From: Eledone cirrhosa
Lineage: Eukaryota
Length of the DNA: 64,000 nt
Reading direction: 5' to 3'
Assembly (NCBI GenBank): GCA_964016885.1
Contig: OZ024740.1
Coordinates: 101,556,001 to 101,620,000, forward strand
Below the pieces are notes generated by a model, which was not told the DNA's origin, searched no databases, and saw only the letters and a list, made by a program, of their open reading frames with translations. Position 1 is the first letter of the stretch; every line of letters begins with the position of its first letter. Positions 1 through 12,600 of this stretch are shown piece by piece. The position numbers were made by a program, and so were the translations under genes.

Positions 1-740
1 TCATCTCCTTTGAAATAGTCACCTTCTGCAGCAATACACCGGTCAAACGGTTCCCTGCTACATTTGGAATGCAGCATGGAAGTCGTTTTCTGTAAACAAG
101 TCGACGACCTTCTGGCATTGGCTTTGGATCATTGGCAATGGTTTTAAAACAGTGATCTTTGAGCTACATTTTCAGCTTGGAGATTAGATGGAAGTCCGCA
201 GGTACTAAATTTGGCAAATAGGGTGGGTGCGGAAATGATACAATGTTGTTTTGAGCAAGAAACTCATGACTCAGGAGAATTCAGTGATGGGGTGCATTGT
301 TGTCGTGAAGAATTCTTCATGTTCCACAGATCCAGTTACCTTCACTGAACATCCTCCCTCAAATGCCTTAAAACGTTGCAATAGAACTCTCAATTGATGG
401 TCTGGCCTTGGGGGATGAATTCTTGATGCTGCGGCTCTTTGGTCATAAGGTGAAGGGCTTTCCCACCGTGTTGACTGCTTCATCTCAGGGTCGTACCCGT
501 AGACCTAACTCCCATCACCAGAGGTGATCAGCAGCATGCTGATGGAGATCTTGACAGACTTTAATGCAATGTTCTTTTTGCTCAGTGGTCAGCAGGTGGG
601 GGACAAACTTGGCAGTGACAAGCTGCATATTCAATTCAGATATTAGCATTACCTGCATGGACCCATACGAGAGACCAACAACATCAGCAACAACATCGTT
701 GATTCTCCTCCAATGATCCTCGTGCATACGTTGATTAATT
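1..740 (-). pseudogene. Decayed Tc1/mariner (mariner-type) transposase; element may continue left of the window
   Basis: Minus-strand translation gives mariner landmarks in order: VGLSYGS..TAKFVPHLLTTEQK (WVPxxL-like), ITSGDGS*VYGYDPEMKQ (first catalytic D region), PHPPYLPNLVPADF (YSPDLAP-like), and DRCIAAEGDYFKGD* ending at base 1. Stops and frameshifts are present. Confidence 0.85.
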
Positions 741-1402
741 AAAAACGGGATGTTAAATGGTGATAATGATGATATATGTATGTGTATATATGTGTGTATA
801 GGGCAGTAATTAGAGGCTGTGTCTTCTATTTTTCTGCTTTCTTTTTCTTTTAGTTTGTTATGTCTGATATGTGTAGAGGTGATTGTTTTATAGTGTTAAA
901 GGATGGGTACAAATGGAAATAGTTTCCTTGGAGAGATGTTATGCCAGGCAGTAGAAGGGCTTAGTCTTTGTATTACTGCCTCAAAAATATGCCTTCTTCC
1001 ACTGAGAATGGAAGTGTCCCTTTGTAGCCCCAGACATTCAGGTTAACTACTTATAGGGATTGAAATAGGGATTTCCAAAAAATTTTGAATTGTGGTCTTC
1101 CCTACCCCTAAAGCAATAGAGGGTCAAACTAGAATGGTCACAAATTGACAGGCTGAGTTCCTTGAAATTTATTATAGGTGTTTCTTTAGCAACTTAACAA
1201 AGTTTACATTTAATGAGATAATCAATTTTTGCTTCTTGTTATTGTGGGTAGGATTAATTCTTTTATAAACAGATTTGGGAGATATATAATTTTTAGCTGC
1301 ATGTTTATTAATAGACACACATAGTTTAACCTCCCAGTGGAATGTACATCCAATAGTTAAACCACATTCTTATTTCTCTCTGAACAGAAAAGAAAGAGCT
1401 CA

Positions 1403-1443
1403 ATCTGACTATTTTCAGCCTTTTCTGCAACTTCATCAGAGAT
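1403..1443 (-). ncRNA. Degenerate minimal hammerhead ribozyme motif (Penelope pLTR-type)
   Basis: Minus strand reads ATCT-CTGATGA-agttgcagaaaaggct-GAAA-atagtc-AGAT. Both core boxes are intact and stem I ATCT/AGAT pairs; stems II and III are eroded. Confidence 0.45.
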
Positions 1444-1584
1444 AAATTATTCATTTCTCTGACCACGGAGAGAGTAACAGCCTATAGCTATTTATAGCAT
1501 TTACAAACTCAGGGAGAACTGAATTAGTTTACCCTAATTTGCATATCATTGGTAATGTACATTAATTAATTAATTAATATAATT

Positions 1585-3942
1585 GTAGCTTGGAAGTGTC
1601 ACTACGAAAGGCTTCTAAATGAGGAGAACAAATGGGAGAAAGACAGTCTCCCCCACATCGACCCAATAGAGGGACCAGCAGTGTTAGTCCAGGGTAGTAC
1701 AATAAGCAAGGCAATCAAAGATATGAAGACGGGTAAGGCGGCTGGTCCTTCGGAAATAGTTGCTGAGATGCTGAAGGCATCTGGTTCGGTGGGACACACC
1801 ATGGTCACCCGGATAGTTAACCAAGTCGTACAGAATGGGGTTGTTCCGAAGGACTGGCGTAGCAGCATCATCGTTAACTGCTATAAGGGAAAAGGAGATG
1901 CCCTAGATAGGAGTAACTATAGAGGCATTAAATTAATCGACCAGGTCATGAAGGTCACGGAAAAAGTAATAGCGCAACTAATCAGAGAGAGAATTGATCT
2001 AGATGAAATGCAGTTCGGGTTTGTGTCAGGCAAAAGTACCACAGACGCTCTTTTCATTGTATGACAACTACAGGAGAAGTACCTAGCTAAAAGTAAACCC
2101 CTATACTTAGCTTTCGTCGACTTGGAGAAAGCCTTCGACAGAGTCCCCCGTTCCATTATCTGGTGGTCTCTTAGAAAACTAGGTGTTGACGAATGGCTTG
2201 TGAGAGCTATACAAGCCATGTATAAAGAAACAGTCAGTAAGGTTAGAATTAACAACGAATATAGTGAAGAGTTTAGCGTAAAAGTTGGTGTCCATCAGGG
2301 CTCTGTTCTTAGCCCCCTACTATTTATTATTGCCCTTCAGGCTATAACAGAGGAGTTCAAGACCGGCTGCCCATGGGAACTCCTATACGCAGATGATCTA
2401 ACGCTCATAGCTGAATCAATGACCGAACTAGAGAAGAAATTCCAAACATGGAAGCACGGCCTAGAATCAAAAGGACTTAAAATTAACCTGGCTAAGACTA
2501 AAGTTCTAGTTTGTAGGAAAGAAAATAAGGCGGCAGTCCCATCTGGGAAATGGCCATGCTCAGTGTGTAGGAAAGGCGTAGGTAGAAACTCCATTTTATG
2601 TCCCAAATGCAAAGTATGGGTGCATAAAAGATGTAGTGGGATCACAGGTAAGCTAACTAAGAACATAGATTTTACATGTGGCCGGTGCTCTGGTGCAATA
2701 AGTAGCAGCAAGTGCCCACAAAATACTAGCTCCTTCAACTGCGCAGAGGGTTCTATAGAAATAGTGGACAGCTTCCGTTACCTGGGTGACAAAATCAGCA
2801 GTGGGGGAGGGTGCTCTGAAAGTACAGTAGCTAGAGTCAGAACTGGATGGAAAAAGTTCAGAGAGCTTATACCACTATTAGCCGCTAGAGGGTTCTCCCT
2901 AAAAATGAAAGGCAGGTTATACGATGCCTGCATACAAACAGCAATGCTGCATGGCAGTGAGACCTGGGCATTGTGTGCAGAGGATATAAGCAGACTAGAG
3001 AGGAATGAAGCTTGCATGCTCCGCTGGATGTGCAATAGTAATATACGTGAACGGCAAAGCATAAACGAACTAAGGAAAAAATTAGAAATAAGAGGGATCA
3101 GATGTTGTTTACTCGAGAGAAGGCTACGTTGGTACGGTCACGTGATGCGCATGAAAGACGACAGCTGTATAACAAAGTGCAGGGCAATAAAGATAGACGG
3201 TAGCCACGGAGTAGGCAGACCCAGAAAAACATGGGACGAGCTGATAAATTCCGACCTCACACGCTTACACCTCTCCAAGACAATGTCACTGGACCGAGAC
3301 CTTTGGCGGTACTCAGTAATAGAGAAGACCCGCCTTACCTAAATACAAAGTAAAAACCTACTACAGTCAGTAGGCATCTCTATCAAAACACACCCCCGTC
3401 CCACCACCTCCACCCCATCCACACCGCCCCTTTCAATGTAAAGTTATGTTGGTCCCACAACATCCAGGCCGAAACAAATGAGATCGTGTAGGTGTCACGA
3501 CAAAAAAAAAACACACAGTCCACGCTGTAAATGTGGCCGTATAGGCAACACGGTAAAAACCTCCCAGCCCCACACTGTAAATGTGGTTGGTGTTAGGAAG
3601 GGCATCCAGCTGTAGAAAACCCGCCAGACAGTCCACGCTGTAATGTGGCCGTGTAGGCAACACGGTAAAAACCTCCCAGCCCCACACTGTAAATGTGGTT
3701 GGTGTTAGGAAGGGCATCCAGCTGTAGAAAACCTGTCAGACAGTCCACGCTGTAATGTGGCCGTGTAGGCAACACGGTAAAAACCTCCCAGCCCCACACT
3801 GTAAATGTGGTTGGTGTTAGGAAGGGCATCCAGCTGTAGAAAACCCGCCAGACAGTCCTATGCGAGCAAGACAACCACTCTTGCCTCAAGTGCGAAAACC
3901 CCCGTCCAAACCCATGCAAGCGTGGAACACGGACGCTAAACC

Positions 3943-3984
<42 letters not shown>
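1585..3984 (+). mobile_element. RTE-type LINE, 5'-truncated copy 1 (RT with internal PHD finger, 3' UTR with three tandem ~112-bp units, (GAT)n tail)
   Basis: ORFs 1681-2064 and 2122-3342 are in one frame, split by a TGA at 2062 (CGA in copy 2). RT motifs include NYRGIKL, QFGF, FVDLEKAFDRV, GVHQGSVLSPLLF, LLYADDL, YLG and the RTE C-terminus GRPRKTW. The copy ends in (GAT)n. Confidence 0.92.
3518..3855 (+). repeat. Three tandem 112-113-bp units in the LINE 3' UTR
   Basis: The unit gtccacgctgtaa...ggttggtgttaggaagggcatccagctgtagaaaacccgccagaca starts at 3518, 3631 and 3743. Confidence 0.95.
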
Positions 3985-3985
<1 letters not shown>

Positions 3986-5454
3986 GCATTATACAGGACG
4001 GATAGATATGTATGATAGTCTTTTGGTTGTTTTTTATATAATTTATGTCTGTGTCCACCCGGATTAGATGGAACAACAATAATGCAACAATACTTTGTAT
4101 TAATCTTTTTTCCTTGTTAAGGCAGAGGATAATCTTGCCAACTTTTATATTTTGCCCTATCCTCTCCATCCTTCCTCACCAACACCCTAGCTTCTATCAT
4201 CTTTAGCTATGTTTTTCTTGATCTTCCCCTTCCTCTACTTCCTTTCATCTTCATTTCAATTACTCCTCTCACCCAATCACTTTCATCCTTCCTCAACACA
4301 TAACCTCATCATTTCATTCCATTTCCTTTCACAACATTTGTCAGTGGCTCTATTGCCACCATTCTCTGCAATTCATTGTTTGGTTTCCTTACTCATCCAC
4401 CAAACCATCTGGATCAGATGGAAAAGATAGTGAATTTGATACAGAGTTTGGTTGATGAGTACACAGAGAATACTATGGACATGAACTATACTCTTCATAT
4501 ATCTAAATGATCATTCCATTTAATTTATTTTTTAATTTTATTTAATTCTAAGTCAGCCACAATTAATCAGACCTATTATCAAAAACAGTCCAGCTATGAT
4601 CATCTTGCATTGAATATCGATTGCTACAACATTTTTTAAAAAGAAAGTAGCTTGTGATCTAACTCTTTGATACCAACCTACCTATAACCACCTCTGATTC
4701 AACGATACAAAACTATTCATTAAAACGTATCTATATTTATCTAAAACCTTTGAAACACTAGATAAAAAACAGAAAGATACATGACTAAATCCCTCAAAAT
4801 TATTGCTTATTTTCAAAATGAATTGCAAGTCATAGGCAGTATCTTTCATAAGAATGTGTTTAAGGAAGATTTAGCTGCTGTTTCAAGTAGACCCAGTTCT
4901 GCTTTGTTTTTTTTTGGTGGTAGTTATGAAAAGTAATGTGATGTGTTCAAGCAGTTAAAACACTGATCTCATTCTTCTGCATGATTTATAAATATTTGTA
5001 GGTAAGTGTCAGGGAAATTGGAAGCTCTACCATGATTGACATGAACAGTAATAGATTTATATATTACGCCTAGAATATTCTTTATGGTTTCTTTATTTTA
5101 GGGACATGTGGGAAAATGTTGTGACAAGCTGTGCTCACAACTGGTTTCTAAGTGTTTTTGTTGTTATAGCATTCTCTATAGATTTTGTTTTATTTTTGTT
5201 ATTACATTTTTGTATTTTTTGGTGTCTGAATAAAATGGATGGCTTTCTTGAATTTAATTTTCGGTATACATTGTTTTGTAATGCTGTTGGTAATAGGACA
5301 GCTATGGATCTGTTTGCTGTTACTGTTAATCTGTTTTAGTGGTGCCAGGATTCTAATTCGTAAATGCATGATTAGAGTGAATAAGTGCAGAGATGTATTT
5401 GGGAACTATAGCTGGATAAAATTGTAATGTCATGAGCATAGTATATATATATAT

Positions 5455-5836
5455 GGAGGCACATAGCTTAGTGGTTAGAGCATTGGCCTTGCAATCGAAA
5501 GGTTGTGAGTTCAATTCTCAGACCGGGTGATGTGTTGTTTCCTTGAGCAAGACACTTTATTTCACATTGCTCCAGTTTACTCAGCTGTAGAAATGAGATG
5601 ATAGGACTGAGGTCCCTATCATTCCACTGCATAGTGGTCGTGGAGGTGCCACGGCAAAAAAGCACCCAGCCCACACTGTAAAGTGGACGTGTAGGTGCCA
5701 CAGAAAAAAAGCACCCAGCACTCACTGTAAATGAGGTTGGTGTTAGGAAGGGCATCCAGCTGTAGAAATCAAGCCAGAATCAGTTCCCGTCCCACCCTTG
5801 CAAGCAGGGAAAAGCGGACGTAAAATGAAATGAAAA
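5455..5836 (+). mobile_element. tRNA-derived SINE with CORE-like body and RTE-derived 3' tail
   Basis: A-box TAGCTTAGTGG, B-box-like GAGTTCAATTC, then a CORE-like tccttgagcaagacactt..cagctgtagaaatgag block. The tail (cactgtaaatgaggttggtgttaggaagggcatccagctgtagaaa...ggacgtaaaa) is shared with the LINE 3' UTR. Further copies lie at 46969 and 51949. Confidence 0.85.
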
Positions 5837-5837
5837 A

Positions 5838-6341
<504 letters not shown>

Positions 6342-6674
6342 CATGAAAAACTAATGCAAGATGATGATAATAATGTATAGTTTGTATATATATATATACA
6401 CTGAGATTGAAAAATGTAAATGGAAACCTATTGTCACATCATATGGAAAAGGGGTATCTTCGGGAGATGTTAAAGTGTTGCAATAACAATAAAGTTAGTT
6501 ATCCATTAACAGATTGCTATGAGAGTTCTAGAGAAATTCATTGCTCTTTTTGGTGATGGAGATAATTGTTATGTGGTAAATAATTCACAAAGAAACAGCA
6601 ATAAATAATTTGACAAAGAACTTTTATATTACAAATAAATGAGTATATGTAACTAAAGGTTCTTTATTGTAGAC

Positions 6675-6835
6675 ACAAGCATGGGTAAATGGTAAAGAAG
6701 TTTGCTTCATAAATATGAGGTCACAAGTTTAATTCCACTGTGTGGCATCTTGGGCAAGTCTCTTTACCATATGTTCAGGTTAGTCTAAGCCTTGGAAGTA
6801 AAGATTCATAAGATAGAAACTGTGTGGAAACACTT
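6675..6835 (+). mobile_element. Old tRNA/CORE-like SINE fragment
   Basis: Eroded A/B boxes (atgggtaaatggtaa; aagtttaattcc) followed by tcttgggcaagtctcttt. Confidence 0.45.
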
Positions 6836-7399
6836 TGGATAATTTGTACCTGTAATTCAAAATTCCAACCGTATTATATATTGTAACATGCTATTTCATC
6901 TCAAGAATTACATTAAGGATGCATGTATCTATGTAATACTCAACCACTTATGAATTGGTTAAACATCTGAATGCTCGTTATTGAGATCTACAGAGGAATT
7001 ATAATCATAACATATACCACATGTCTCTTTAACTACTTTATGTTAAGGAACACTTTAACTCAGTATGTTGTTGTAATGTTTTGGATTTATGATCACCTAC
7101 TACTGATTGTCTAGTCACATGTACTTTATATGCATATTGGAAAAGGAGTTCTTCAGATTAATAGTCTCATGCAAAGTTTGAATTTTCAAAGTTTTAAGAG
7201 ATTATGAGTTCCATAGAAAACGTAAGAAATTTCAGATGCAGAAAAATAAAATGTTGATTGCTATAAATAGCTTAGAAGATCAGATGATAGATAGAAAAAA
7301 TTGGCCAGTGGTTGCTATGAAGAATCGAATTCCATATCTTTCAGATACCAGCTAACTGCTCTAATATTTTTCTCATATTACTATTATATTCAAAATAAT

Positions 7400-7810
7400 T
7401 GTTTCTAATTTAGGCACAAGGCCAGTAATTTAGGGGAAGTTGAAAGTCGATTATATTGACCCCGCCAATTGAATGGTACTTTATTTTATTGACCCCAAAA
7501 TGATGACAGGCAAAGTTGACCCCCAACGGAAATTAAACTCAGAATGTAAAGAGCCTAAACAAATACTGCCACATGTTTGTCTGACAATCTAATGCTTCTG
7601 TCAACCTACCGTTTATTCATATGATGATAATAATTGCTTCTACATTAGGCAAAAGGCCAGCAATTTTATAGAAAGGGGAAGTCGATTAAACGAACCTTAG
7701 TGTGTTACAGGTTCTTTATTTTATCAGCCCTATACGGATGAAAGGCAAAGCTAACCTCAGTGGGATTTGAGCCAGCAAACCATTTGTCAAAAGCTCTAAT
7801 AATTCTGCGA
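7400..7810 (-). mobile_element. Two tandem copies of a second tRNA-type SINE family (Deu/Nin-like central motif)
   Basis: Copies at ~7400-7610 and ~7635-7810 share ttaggcacaaggccag..aagtcgatta..tactttattttat..ggcaaag(t/c)t..ctcagaa. The same family recurs at 38920, 39150, 45000 and 45610. Confidence 0.7.
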
Positions 7811-8750
7811 CTCAACCATTTTAACTCTAAACATTCTGTAATGATTTAACAGAAAATCTCTAATAATGAGTTTATTAATTCAAATGTTTGTAGTAGTGGA
7901 CAGATAGTTGTGAAAACCTGCAGAACTTGAAGAACTTAATATTTAATGTGCTGCAAATGTAGTGCTGTTTTGTATTTTTCAAGAATGTCTTGCTAATATG
8001 GTTTCATGTGGAATATGTTAAGAGTTAATAATGATTAGGTCCTTAATAATGCTGATGACATTGACAATTTTGATGATGTTAGTGGTTGTGATGCTGAAGG
8101 ATGTACGTATGGTTGACTCAATGTCTTATATTAATTGTAGATGGAATAATATGGATCTTGAAAATTTATATAACATTGACATAACTTAGTAATTTCCGTT
8201 CTGCATCCTCATTTTTACTTACTTAGAAAATGGTTTTCAATTCTACAAACGTTAAATTTGTTACAGAAATCAACATTAGATTGACTTTTGGAAGGTGAGA
8301 AATGATTATAATTCTCTGCAAATACAAATACTTCACACAAAAATATTCACGCAAAGTCGTGGAGCAAATATCGGTGAAATTCTTAAAAATAAAAGTTCAA
8401 TACAATGACTCGATGTTATATAAAGGTAATTAAAAAAAAAACCCACTAGTTTCTTGGATATTTTATTATCCTGTCCACTCTTCAAATGAAATAAATAAAT
8501 AAAATGAATAATGTAAATAAGTGAATTTTTAAAAAAATGACCAAGTAAAATCTCAGGCACATTAGTTTGCCAACACAAAATTCCCTGGTTGTGCCTAATT
8601 TTCTAAAATTGAAAAGAACATTAGTATTCTTGTTATTGATGTGACATCTGACACTGCATTAATTCTGTTGCTAAATTGAAATCTAGATCTCCAACTTAAC
8701 ATTTAACTTTCAGACTTTCATTAACATTGAAATAAAATGATGCAGTATTC

Positions 8751-8751
<1 letters not shown>

Positions 8752-8812
<61 letters not shown>
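8752..8812. repeat. (CT)n microsatellite
   Basis: Direct reading of the sequence. Confidence 0.95.
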
Positions 8813-8815
<3 letters not shown>

Positions 8816-9610
8816 GAAAAGTGATCAAAGCTAACAGTGTTGGCTGAAATCCTCTCTTCATTCAATATATAATGAAAGAAAAGGATGTCTAGAATTCTCC
8901 ATAGCACCCCCTCTCTTTCTCTCCCTCTCCCTCTCTCTCTCATTTATTTCCAAAAGGCTGTGGAGTATTAACAGTGTTGGAATAAAAGAATCATTTTAAT
9001 AGAATGGAATAAACAGTCTAATGTAGAGGAAAGGTAATGAAGACGATCTGGTCTTTCTTAATGAAATCCATTTAAAAAATTATTACTTTTAAAATTATTT
9101 TCATTTTGTTTGTTCCCTTCTCTCAACATACATCTACCTCTTCTCATTCCATCCTTCCATCAGCATAATCATAATCATCATACATCTGATGTCCAGATTG
9201 ATATGGGTGGGATGAGTTGTTACAGAATAAATCCATACTTAATCACAGTTACTGTCCTCCTGGATTTCAATACGGTATTCAATGTACTTCCTAAAGCTAG
9301 CTATTTTACAAAGTGACCTGTGCACATTTGGTTCATGGCATCAGCATTATCAACTTGATAGTGGCCCACACCTTCACTGGTGCCTCAATTGCTGTTAAAA
9401 ATAATACCACACAAAGAAAAGATAACAATATGTGTCCTTGATTGGCTCGCAAGAAATGGTAACCAAATTTCCCTCTGATAATACCCTATGATTTAGAATA
9501 AAAAAAGAAAATATTGTACACCAAGATATAAAGATAGGTGATGGTCATGGTGAGAATGTCTTTCAATATGTGATTGTTCACTCAGAGCTGAATCAAAGCT
9601 AAACAAACAT

Positions 9611-12600
9611 TACTGTTACTACCACTACAGCCACAGTGTTACCACTGCTACAGCCATACTGTTACCACAACTACAGCCATACTGTTACTACTACTACAGC
9701 CACAGTGTTACTACTACTACAGCTATACGGTCACTACTACTACAGCCATAGTGTTACCACTAGTACAGCCATACTGTTACCACTACTACAGCCATACTGT
9801 TACTACTGCTACAGCCATACTGTTACAACTACTACAGCCATACTGTTACTACCACTACAGCCACAGTGTTACCACTGCTACAGCCATACTGTTACCACAA
9901 CTACAGCCATACTGTTACTACTACTACAGCCACAGTGTTACTACTACTACAGCTATACTGTTACTACAACTACAGCCATAGTGTTACCACTAGTACAGCC
10001 ATACTGTTACTACTGCTACAGCCATACTGTTACAACTACTACAGCCATACTGTTACCACTACTACAGCTATACTGTTACCACTACTACAGCCATAGTGTT
10101 ACCACTAGTACAGCCATACTGTTACCACTACTACAGCCATACTGTTACTACTGCTACAGCCATACTGTTACAACTACTACAGCCATACTGTTACTACCAC
10201 TACAGCCATACTGTTACCACTACTACAGCTATACTGTTACCACTACTACAGCCATACTGTTACAACTACTACAGCCATACTGTTACTACTACTACAGCCA
10301 TACTGTTACAACTACTACAACTATACTTTTACCACTACTACAGCTATACTGTTACGACTACTACAGCTATACTGTTACCACTAATACAGCCATACTGTTA
10401 CTACTACTACAGCCATACTGTTACCACTACTACAGCCATACTGTTACAACTACTACAGCCATACTGTTACTACTACTACAGCCATACTGTTACAGCTACT
10501 ACAACTATACTGTTACCACTACTACAGCTATACTGTTACCACTAATACAGCCATACTGTTACAACTACTGCAGCTATACTGTTACCACTACTACAGCTAT
10601 ACTGTTACCACTACTACAGCCATACTGTTACTACTACTACAGCCATACTGTTACCACTACCACAGCTATACTGTTACCACTACTACAGCTATACTGTTAC
10701 AACTACTACAGCCATACTGTTACCACTACTACAGCCATGGTGTTACTACTACTACAGCCATACTGTTACCACTACTACAGCCATACTGTTACTACTACTA
10801 CAGCCATACTGTTACCACTACTACAGCTATACTGTTATCACTACTACAGCTATACTGTTACAACTACTACAGCCATACTGTTACCACTACTACAGCCATG
10901 GTGTTACTACTACTACAGCCATACTGTTACCACTACTACAGCCATACTGTTACTACTACTACAGCCATACTGTTACCACTACTACAGCCATACTGTTACT
11001 ACTACTACAGCCATACTGTTACCACTACTACAGCTATACTGTTACCACTACTACAGCTATACTGTTACAACTACTACAGCCATACTGTTACCACTACAAC
11101 AGCTATACTGTTACAACTACTACAGCTATACTGTTACCACTACTACAGCCATGGTGTTACAACTACTACAGCTATACTGTTACTACCACTACAGCCACAG
11201 TGTTACCACTACTACAGCTATACTGTTACTACCACTACAGCCATACTGTTACAACTACTACAGCTATACTGTTACCACTACTACAGCCATGGTGTTACAA
11301 CTACTACAGCTATACTGTTACTACCACTACAGTCACAGTGTTACCACTACTACAGCTATACTGTTACTACTACTACAGCCATACTGTTACCACTACTACA
11401 GATATACTGTTACCACTACTACAGCTATACAGTTACAACTACTACAGCTATACTGTTACTACTACTACAGCCATACTGTTACCACTACTACAGCTATACT
11501 GTTACCACTACTACAGCTATACTGTTACTACTACTACAGCCATACTGTTACCACAACTACAGCTATACTGTTACCACTACTACAGCTATACTGTTATACA
11601 CCACTACAGCCACAATGTTACCACTACTACAGCTATACTGTTACTACTACTACAGCCATACTGTTACCACTACTACAGATATACTGTTACCACTACTACA
11701 GCTATACAGTTACAACTACTACAGCTATACTGTTACTACTACTACAGCCATACTGTTACCACTACTACAGCTATACTGTTACCACTACTACAGCTATACT
11801 GTTACTACCACTACAGCCACATTGTTACCACTACTACAGCCATACTGTTACTACTACTACAGCTATACTTTTACCACTACTACAGCTATACTGTTACTAC
11901 TACTACAGCCATACTGTTACCACTACTACAGCCATACAGTTACAACTACTACAGCCATACAGTTACTACTACTACAGCTATACTGTTACTACTACTACAG
12001 CTATACTGTTACCACTACTACAGCCACAGTGTTACCACTACTACAGCTATACAGTTACCACTACTACAGCTATACTGTTACTACTACTACAGCCATACTG
12101 TTACTACTACTACAGCCATACTGTTACCACTACTACAGCTATACTGTTACCACTACTACAGCTATACTGTTACTACTACTACAGCCATACTGTTACTACT
12201 ACTACAGCCATACTGTTACCACTACTACAGATATACTGTTACCACTACTACAGCTATACAGTTACAACTACTACAGCTATACTGTGACCACTACTACAGC
12301 TATACTGTTACTACTACTACAGCTATACTGTTACTACTACTACAGCTATACTGTTACCACTACTACAGCTATACTGTTACCACTACTACAGCCATACTGT
12401 TACGACTACTACAGCCATACAGTTACTACTACTACAGCTATACTGTTACTACTACTACAGCCACAGTGTTACCACTACTACAGCCATACTGTTACCACTA
12501 CTACAGCCATACTGTTACGACTACTACAACTATACTGTTACAACTACTACAGCCATACTGTTACCACTACTACAGCTATACTGTTACTACTACTACAGCT

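Noticed and set aside
2337-3062. Antisense ORFs over the LINE copies (also 55678-58341 and 60190-61571)
   Set aside because: They are shadow frames of the RT coding strand with no independent motifs.
5455-5530. tRNA gene
   Set aside because: A/B boxes are present, but there is no complete cloverleaf and the sequence continues into a repeated SINE body.
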